Shown here: in pieces, positions 25,293-32,000 of the stretch | Position numbering within the stretch: position 1 is the first letter of the stretch | Layout: each line of letters begins with the position of its first letter | Assembly (NCBI RefSeq): GCF_000219355.1 | Contig: NC_015722.1 | Span: 1,050,001-1,082,000, forward strand | Direction: 5' to 3' | From: Candidatus Midichloria mitochondrii IricVA | GTDB lineage: Bacteria; Pseudomonadota; Alphaproteobacteria; Rickettsiales; Midichloriaceae | Length of the DNA stretch: 32,000 bases | Translations under genes and position numbers: made by a program | The notes under the pieces: generated by a model | The model's input: the letters and a program-made list of their open reading frames with translations, nothing else | Told to the model about the DNA's origin: nothing | Database searches by the model: none

Positions 25293-25956
25293 ATGCTTGG
25301 AAATAACACCATACTCAGACCTGAAAAAGGTGATGGGTCTTGTCTTAAGGTAAATTCAATATTCGATACTTTACAAGGTGAAGGCCTATACGTTGGTGCT
25401 CCTGCTATTTTCATAAGGCTTGCTGGCTGTAACTTAGCCTGCACTTTTTGTGATACCGAGTTCGATGAATATCAGGAAATATCTGTTGAAGAAATCATCA
25501 AAAGGGTTAAGGCATTCTCTCACACTTACAAAAAAATTAGTGGTTTTGACTGGAGGAGAACCTTTTAGGCAGCCGATCTCTCTATTATGTGAAAAATTGG
25601 TAAACGAGGGATTTAAAATTCAAATAGAGACTAATGGTTTGCTATACCGAAATATTCCTAAAGAAGTTGAGGTAATATGTTCTCCCAAAAACACTGGAAA
25701 TGGCTATCAGCAGATACGAAAAGATTTATTAGGACATGTTAAAGCTATAAAATTTCTCATCTCAGCCTCGAACAACCTTTACCAAGATATAGGGACAATT
25801 GGCCAATTAAATGCTGATATTAAAGTATATGTTCAACCAATGGATGAGTTCGATGAAAAATTAAATGCAGCCAACGCTATATTAGCAATGCAAGTAGCCC
25901 GCAAACACAATGCAATTTTATCTATGCAGCTGCATAAAATATTAAGAATAGAATAA
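25293..25956 (+). CDS. queE: 7-carboxy-7-deazaguanine synthase QueE (radical SAM); frame interrupted by one extra A in an A7 run (25530-25536)
   Basis: ORF 25293..25568 has FDTLQGEGLYVGAPAIFIRLAGCNLACTFCDTEF (QueE CxxxCxxC cluster motif). ORF 25450..25956 continues KKLVVLTGGEPFRQP...IQIETNG. Removing one A joins ...AFSHTYKK to LVVLTGGEP. Confidence 0.85.
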
Positions 25957-26319
25957 ATCTAACTTTCCATAGAACTATTCTCTTTGTCAGTATTAATACC
26001 ACTGAAGAATCGTGTAGTAAATTAAGCAAACAGATCCGTCGATATCGCCTTAACACTTAAGCGGTAAATCCTCAACAAGAAACGGACTACAGAACAAGAA
26101 ATCTCTTCAATTAGTTTAAGAATCAACTGCATAATCCAAAGAATTTGCTTTTTTTAAATCAACAGTTGTATTTAATATGTATTATAGATGTGTATGCCAA
26201 AAATTAATGTATAATATACATACCGTTGTTGGTATAGTCGTTATTATTCTTTGCTTTCTAACCTCTAGTTCGACGTGAGGAGTAGGCCTGCGAGCCTATC
26301 TTTCCATGAGGTAGAGGGT

Positions 26320-26566
26320 TTATTGGGTTTGAAGACATAAGCCGGGAGCCCTGGGGGAAGGTTTGCCAGGAAATTGTTTGGCGAGCGGTGCCGTGTGTGC
26401 TGGATTTGGCAAATCTCTTTCGATTACCCGATGGGCTGTTTCAATCGGTCCGCGCCCTGCAAGGAGCAGTTGTTTAAAAGCTGCAAGCGTGGGGTTTTGT
26501 TTTTCATGTTTTTCTTAAGCCGTGGTGATGAGCTCAATACCTTGATTGCTCAGTGTTTTTGTTAAC
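26320..26566 (-). pseudogene. C-terminal fragment of a second, unrelated DDE transposase (IS982/IS4-like pattern), GC-richer than its surroundings
   Basis: The minus-strand translation gives LSNQGIELITT / RLKKNMKNK (frame hop) / [25 protein letters not shown]. This resembles the GI.LIT..RKNMK ... R..IET....LK C-terminal pattern of IS982/IS4-type transposases. Its upstream part is cut off by IS1 copy B. The family assignment is tentative. Confidence 0.4.
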
Positions 26567-26640
26567 CCCAAGTTCGAGGTAAGTTTTAAAGAAATTATCT
26601 AATATGGTTTTAAAAAAGCTGTATAACCATTAAATTTTTC

Positions 26641-27431
26641 GGCATTGCCTAATATTTATAGATAGGAGTTTCAAATCCAGCAAATGCCTATGGAAGAAGA
26701 GGGTAAGAGTAGCGCAAAAGCATCCTCAGGAATTTGCTATAGCGCTTCGTTCTTCGATTAAAACTAGCTAGATAATGCCTCTTAAAGAATTCTTTGATTC
26801 TACCACAATGATGTCCCAGCCTTTGTTTCGTGATGGTGCGTGGAGATTTTATAGTATTCGTAAACGCTGTAATCATCTGTACATGCTCATTTATAACGTT
26901 CCTCAAAGCCTAAATGCCAGGTTCAGGTGGGTTGCCTTGCTCCCGTCACCTACTTCAAAATCAATAATTTCACCCGCTCCTCTATCGGCAGCAATCCATA
27001 TAAAGGTGTACTCCCACTTCCATTCTATATGTGCACAGCTCGTCAATCTCCAGGACCTCGATATCCTTAAGTGACTTTGTGCTGTTGCAGCTCTTATCTA
27101 ACTTTTCTTGCACATAGCGTCCCCCCGTCCTTCGATCCATGAAGATATTTGGCTGTTATGGATTCCAGTCAGTCTCTCTATCGTCCTAATCCCACAGTCC
27201 TCAAGGTTAGGTTTTAAGTCTATCATTCATAGTGTATTCTGCCGCTTATCACCTTCTCGGTAATTCTTTTTGCAATTCTTGCACCTATTTACCTCTTGAT
27301 GTCCCTATACCACGCCATTCTTCACCTGCTCGCTAGAGCCGCAATATTTACACTTAATTGTCATTTCTACTCCCGTTTTACTACGAAGATATCGTATCAT
27401 CTTATTGCCGTTATAATTACCAGGCATTGCC
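26641..27431 (-). mobile_element. IS1-family insertion sequence relic, copy B (inverted relative to copy A)
   Basis: It has the same termini as copy A (GGCATTGCCTAATATTTATAGATAGG at 26641; ...CCAGGCATTGCC ending at 27431). By eye it is roughly 90% identical to copy A, with indels. The minus strand encodes MTIKCKYCGSSEQVKNGVV*GHQ..CKNCKKNYREGDKRQ (InsA-like zinc ribbon) and InsB-like fragments with stops. Confidence 0.75.
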
Positions 27432-27487
27432 GAGATATGCATTATTAATTCTTGCAAATTATTTTGCTATCTGTTAAAACGAGCGGC

Positions 27488-27577
27488 GGATGGATGGCCG
27501 AGCGGTTTAAGGCACCGGTCTTGAAAACCGACGTACGTGCAAACGTACCGTGGGTTCGAATCCCACTCCATCCGCCA
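27488..27577 (+). tRNA. tRNA-Ser (anticodon UGA), long variable arm, CCA encoded
   Basis: The acceptor stem pairs GGATGGA with TCCATCC. The D-arm is GCCGAGCGGTTTAAGGC and the anticodon loop is CTTGAAA (UGA). A long extra arm (CGTACGTGCAAACGTACG) is followed by the T-arm GGGTTCGAATCCC, discriminator G and CCA. Confidence 0.93.
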
Positions 27578-27677
27578 GTTTTTTCTTAGTTATACATACA
27601 GCCTTCTATTATTGCACCCTTAATTCACTACTAAGGAACCCTCATTGCTTTAAAAGCGCCACTACGTAACTAAATAA

Positions 27678-28778
27678 TTATGCCTTCAGCTTAAGAATCA
27701 AATCTGCAAGTACTTGGACGGAATTCTGACATTTAACTTTCTTCATCGCTGCTTGTAATTTAGAAAATTCTTCTGTATTGGTGATAAGTTCTGAAATTAT
27801 TTTTGCCAATAAGTCAGGAGTTAGTTCCTTCTCTTCTATTAAGACAGAAGCCTGTTGATCAGACAAAAATTTGGCATTAAAAAGTTGGTGATTGTTTTGA
27901 GCCGCTGCAAAAGGAATTAATATAGATGGCTTTCTTGAAGCAATAATTTCCGTAACTGTGGCAGCACCAGCCCTTGCAATTACTAAATCGCATTTATAAA
28001 GTAAATTTTCTATGTCCTCAAAAAAGCTTTTCATCTCAACTTTACTTTTAGTGGAGTGATATTCATCTATAGTTTTTTGCAATAAATCTTGTTGAGCTTG
28101 TTGATAGACATATAAATTCTCCTGGATCTTAGGATCCAACAATTTAATTGCTTGAGGTATAGTATGACTGAAAATCGCCGCTCCCTGACTACCACCTATT
28201 ACTAGTATTTTAAAAATGTTTTTATCTAATTTTTTATAAGGCCTATCTGACAGTGCAAAAATCTGCTGCCTCACTGGGTTGCCTGTATAAACTATCTTAT
28301 AATTAGCAATACCATCTACATTGAGAGTGTTTTTGAAGGATAACGCGATTACATTAACAAACTTTGCCAAGAATTTATTTGCCTTACCCATAACAGCGTT
28401 TTGTTCATGGATTATGGTTGGAATTTGATGAAAAAATGCAGCCATTATTGCAGGCACTGAAGGATATCCACCAAATCCAATCACTATAGAGGGTTTTTTA
28501 AAGAAAAACTTAAAAAATAATTTTAAAAAACTGAAAATCAAGCCCGTGAGAGCATGAGCTTTATCATTTATTGAACCAGTGAACCCTTTTACTGGCAGTA
28601 CCTCTTTTTCTGCTTTCAAAAGAGCTCCTTTTAGAAATTTCGTACCACGCTGGTCAGTGACTAAGAATAATTTGTGGTTATTAATTAACAACTCCGCTAC
28701 GGCTTGGGCAGGAAAAATATGACCACCCGTACCTCCGGCTGCAAGGGCAATAGACTGAAATTTATTGTTTTTTTTCAT
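27678..28778 (-). CDS. murG: undecaprenyldiphospho-muramoylpentapeptide beta-N-acetylglucosaminyltransferase MurG
   Basis: 366-aa ORF with the N-terminal G-loop ALAAGGTGGHIFPAQAVA and GT28 C-terminal domain blocks (VIGGSQGA, ARAGAATVTEI). Confidence 0.92.
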   Translation of the reverse strand: MKKNNKFQSIALAAGGTGGHIFPAQAVAELLINNHKLFLVTDQRGTKFLKGALLKAEKEVLPVKGFTGSINDKAHALTGLIFSFLKLFFKFFFKKPSIVIGFGGYPSVPAIMAAFFHQIPTIIHEQNAVMGKANKFLAKFVNVIALSFKNTLNVDGIANYKIVYTGNPVRQQIFALSDRPYKKLDKNIFKILVIGGSQGAAIFSHTIPQAIKLLDPKIQENLYVYQQAQQDLLQKTIDEYHSTKSKVEMKSFFEDIENLLYKCDLVIARAGAATVTEIIASRKPSILIPFAAAQNNHQLFNAKFLSDQQASVLIEEKELTPDLLAKIISELITNTEEFSKLQAAMKKVKCQNSVQVLADLILKLKA

Positions 28779-29229
28779 TTTGCTTGGTTATGCGTTGTAT
28801 AAATTCACTAAAATCATCAACCGCATTAAAGTACTGATATACAGAGGCATACCTAACATATGCAACCTGGTCAATTTTGGCTAATTCATTCATGATTAGT
28901 TGCCCTATAAAAGTTGAAGAGATCTCTGTTTCACCAGATTTTTCAATTTTTTTCAAGATATGAGAAACAATTTTTTCAAGCAGTTCATTACTAACCGGTC
29001 TTTTCCTAGTAGCAATTCTAAGAGATTGCAATACCTTCTGCGCATCGAAAGGTTTTTTAGCTCCTGATCGTTTGACTACTTTTATTTCAGGAATTTCCCT
29101 TCTCTCTATAGTTACAAATCTTGCCCCACAATTCTGACAACACCGCCTTCTTTTTATAGAGTCAGCATCTTCAGAAGGCCTAGAATCCTTAACTTGAGTA
29201 TCAATAAAGTTGCAAAAGGGACACTTCAT
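28762..29229 (-). CDS. nrdR: transcriptional repressor NrdR
   Basis: 155-aa ORF with the N-terminal zinc ribbon MKCPFCN...CQNCGARFVTIE followed by an ATP-cone domain. It overlaps the murG start by 17 nt. Confidence 0.93.
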   Translation of the reverse strand: MKCPFCNFIDTQVKDSRPSEDADSIKRRRCCQNCGARFVTIERREIPEIKVVKRSGAKKPFDAQKVLQSLRIATRKRPVSNELLEKIVSHILKKIEKSGETEISSTFIGQLIMNELAKIDQVAYVRYASVYQYFNAVDDFSEFIQRITKQNEKKQ

Positions 29230-29329
29230 ATTTTAATTTTTTATGACAAACATCACTTGTTTTCTTAATATATAACATTTTCATTTAACAAAAAACCATT
29301 ATAATAAGCTAGCGCTCTTTTTTAAATAG

Positions 29330-30301
29330 TTGATGAATAATATTAAACTGATTTTTCATAGTAATGAAAGGATAAGAATAGATAAGTTCTTATCTATTCA
29401 ACTGGCTGATATTTCAAGAGTTAAAATTCAACAATTGATAAAGATGGGTCTAATCTCAGTCAATGGATTAAAAATATATACCTGCGATTATTCTTTAAGA
29501 GCCGGAGATCAGATCGAGTTTATTCAAAATATAGAACCAAAGGATAATACTAAGATTAAGAGCAAGGGGTTACCATTTACTATTATTTTTGAGGACGAAG
29601 ATTTATTAGTTATAGATAAAAATCCAGGGTTGGTAGTCCATCCCGGAGCCGGAAACCAGGCTGGAACTTTAGTAGATATTTTGCTTTTTGAGTATAAGCT
29701 CTCCAATGTTAAGGGCTTTTATCCAGGAGTTGTTCATAGGCTTGATAAAGATACCAGCGGTTTAATGATTATTGCAAAGAGCAACGAAGCACACTTCAAG
29801 TTGGCTGCACAAATCGCCAATAAACAAGTTAAAAGATCTTATACTGCATTAGTCTTTGGAGCATTAAATCCGCTTTCTGGCAAGATAGAAACAAATATTG
29901 GTCGCAGTACTTCTGATAAAACAAAAATGATGGTGACGAAAAGTGGAGGAAAGCTTGCTATTACTCACTACAACACTTTAAATATCTTTGCAGATAATGC
30001 TTTAAGCCTAGTGCATATCGAATTAGAAACCGGCAGGACGCACCAAATAAGGGCGCACATGAGTTATAAGAAGAATCACATAGTGGGCGATAAGCAATAT
30101 ATCGCAGGGCATAATCATGCCCTGAAAGGTATAAATTCAAAAATAAAGGAACTAATTAAAAATTTTCCAAGGCAGTCTTTACATTCTAAGTCTTTAAAAT
30201 TTTTGCATCCGATTACAAATAGTGAAATGTATTTTGAATGTGCATTGCCGCCTGATATGGCAGAATTAATATACTTAGCTTCAGAAAAAGAGCTAATGTA
30301 A
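29330..30301 (+). CDS. rluD: 23S rRNA pseudouridine synthase, RluD/RluA family
   Basis: It has an S4-like N-terminal domain (RIDKFLSIQLADISRVKIQQLI), the catalytic motif HRLDKDTSGLMIIAK and GRTHQIRAHM. The ATG at 29333 is the more likely start than the TTG at 29330. Confidence 0.88.
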   Translation: MMNNIKLIFHSNERIRIDKFLSIQLADISRVKIQQLIKMGLISVNGLKIYTCDYSLRAGDQIEFIQNIEPKDNTKIKSKGLPFTIIFEDEDLLVIDKNPGLVVHPGAGNQAGTLVDILLFEYKLSNVKGFYPGVVHRLDKDTSGLMIIAKSNEAHFKLAAQIANKQVKRSYTALVFGALNPLSGKIETNIGRSTSDKTKMMVTKSGGKLAITHYNTLNIFADNALSLVHIELETGRTHQIRAHMSYKKNHIVGDKQYIAGHNHALKGINSKIKELIKNFPRQSLHSKSLKFLHPITNSEMYFECALPPDMAELIYLASEKELM

Positions 30302-30518
30302 AAGAAGAGCTATCTAATACTTTAGTTTGCAAGTTTGTCACTTTAGATAGGACAACACCTCTCCATTGTCATCGGCATCTGATGGGAAAATGCTTTAAAT
30401 TAGTATTGACGCGGATTAAAATGGGCAGTACACTTGCCATTTTGTAGGTACCGCTAAAAGGCGGGTGCATTGCTCTTTAGTTGACCTCTTGAAATTATTT
30501 TTCAAATAAACACCTTCA

Positions 30519-32000
30519 TTGCGAGGTTGGATTGTGACTAATATGTTTGCACCAGCAGTAGATTATGTAGTGGGTGGCAGTCCTAATACGCTTACTGAAG
30601 CAGATTTCAATCGAGACGGAAAGCTAGACGTGGTAAGCCCCAGCTGCAATACAAGTTCAGTTTCTATACTACTAGGAAAAGGGGATGGGACATTTCAGGC
30701 AGCCACTCTTTATGGCATTGGTAAAGGGAATCCTTGGCAGGTAGCAGTGGGTGATTTTAGTATAGGGATGGTAAGACAGATATGGTGAGCGGTAGTGTTA
30801 ACAGGGTTGCTATATTACTTGGTGATGGCGATGTAACCCCTTTTTTTAAGCCGGCAGTTCATTATGATGCAGGTGGAGCTTCTGAAGGAATAAGTAGTAG
30901 GTGATCCTAATAATGACGGAACACAAGATACAGCAGGAACTGATTCTACCACAGGTTCTGTTCTCGTACTTATGGGGATGGTGCCTTTAAATCTGCTGTT
31001 TCTTATAATGTTAATGTTGGTGCAGCAGGAATAGCAGTAGGCGATTTTTAATAATTACGGAAAACAAGACATAGCCGATGTCAACCGTAATACAAATACA
31101 GTTTCCATATTAACAGGAAATGGTAATGGCACTTTTAAGCCTGCTGTTTTTTATAACATTGGAACTTACCCATGGTTTTTAGCAGTGGCAGGTCTTGATA
31201 GAGATGGCAAAATGGACATAGTTAATACTAATTCAGATGGAAATTCAGTAGCCTTACTTTTAGGAAGAGGCGATAGAACATTTCACTCGGCGGTTACTAT
31301 ACAGTATTGGAGATAACAGCCCTTGGGGGGGAGTTTATAGTAGACGACTTTAATCGTGATGGTAAGTGATATAGCTACTACTAATCGTCTTTTAGACAAT
31401 GTTGCTATACTACTTGGAAACGGTAATGGAACTTTTTAAGCCGGCTGTTCCTTATAATGTTGGTAACTATCCTACAGGAATAGTGGTAGGAGATTTTAAC
31501 CAGGATGGCAAACTAGACATGGCTAATATTAATATGGGTACGCTATACAACAGTATTAGTGCTAATAGGAAATGGGGATGGAACTTTTTAATTAGCAACA
31601 TCTTATAGTGTTGGCAAACACCCTATAGCGGCCGCAACCTCAGACTTTAATGGGGAGATGATACTCCTGATATAGCTACAATTAATGCTGGCTCTGGCAC
31701 AGTCTCTGTATTGCTTAACCTTCCTATAAGCTCAACAACTGCCACTACTACTTCACCTACTACAATCACTAAACCTACCACCACGACCACAGCCACCACA
31801 ACTGCCCCTACTACAGTACCGCCAACTATGAGTACTACAACAACCAGCACTTTATCTTCTGCGACTGCTTCTACAATTCCAACAAGTGCAAGCATTACAA
31901 CAAGCAGTACCGCACCCTCCACAACACTCGCAGACACAACAGTTGGAGCAGATTTAGGAGAAGGCGCAGTGTCCTCTTCAAATATAGCAATGGTCGGAGG
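30519..32000 (+). pseudogene. eroded gene for a large FG-GAP/VCBS-repeat protein with a Thr/Pro-rich low-complexity tail (continues past the window end)
   Basis: About seven units of roughly 50 aa of the type ..Y.VG..P..VAVGDFN.DGK.D....N....VS.LLG.GDGTF... are spread over all three frames. Examples: DFNRDGKLDVV..VSILLGKGDGTFQAATLY; GNGNGTFKPAVFYNIGTYPWFLAVAGLDRDGKMDIVNTN. Lesions include an in-frame TAA at 31589-31591 (GNGDGTF*LATSY) and extra-T frameshifts at 31045-31049 and 31433-31437. From about 31733 the text is TTATTTSPTTITKPTTTTTATTTAPTTVPPT... Confidence 0.7.

Noticed and set aside
22174-27431. Active composite transposon carrying a transporter, redoxin, dut and queE
   Set aside because: Both transposase genes are destroyed. 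The cargo is ordinary core metabolism with native-looking composition. No target-site duplications flank either the individual copies or the whole unit. It is reported only as a potential inversion substrate.
30420-30470. Small hairpins (AAAATGGGCA...TGCCATTTT; CCGC-TAAAAG-GCGG) upstream of the FG-GAP gene, considered as a riboswitch or terminator
   Set aside because: The stems are short and imperfect, have no T-tail, and show no resemblance to known riboswitch cores that I can recognise.
31647-31937. 96-aa Val-rich minus-strand ORF (VVVVAVVVVVGLVIVVGEVVV...)
   Set aside because: It is the antisense reading of ACN-rich Thr codons in the Thr/Pro-rich tail of the + strand FG-GAP gene. It is an artefact of low-complexity sequence.

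Overview
This is a visibly AT-rich, gene-dense chromosomal window from a reduced-genome alphaproteobacterium. The gene content looks Rickettsiales-like, and the presence of flagellar genes suggests a flagellated lineage such as Midichloriaceae. That taxonomic guess is inference only.

The conserved backbone runs as follows:
- secF, murA, prfB (with the classical RF2 +1 frameshift site) and iscX
- the F1 ATP synthase operon atpHAGDC, then ligA and alaS, all on the minus strand
- an orphan fliI overlapped by ccmH
- a beta-barrel outer-membrane protein gene
- fliK-flgD
- an EamA transporter, a TlpA-like thioredoxin, dut and queE
- tRNA-Ser(UGA), murG-nrdR and rluD

Genome-decay patches are interspersed with this backbone:
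- a shattered TPR-repeat gene
- rpe and alkD-like pseudogenes
- two diverged, inverted IS1-family relics that bracket a 3.65 kb housekeeping block
- a GC-richer relic of a second transposase
- an eroded FG-GAP/VCBS repeat gene with a Thr/Pro-rich tail that runs off the window

The most notable pattern concerns five otherwise intact conserved genes: murA, prfB, atpA, the OMP gene and queE. Each is broken only by one surplus base in a 6-8 nt A/T homopolymer. This is either a systematic homopolymer assembly error or real indels that need transcriptional or translational rescue.

I do not see a convincing novel multi-gene system such as a defence island, CRISPR array or toxin-antitoxin pair. The findings below are the items I consider worth checking.
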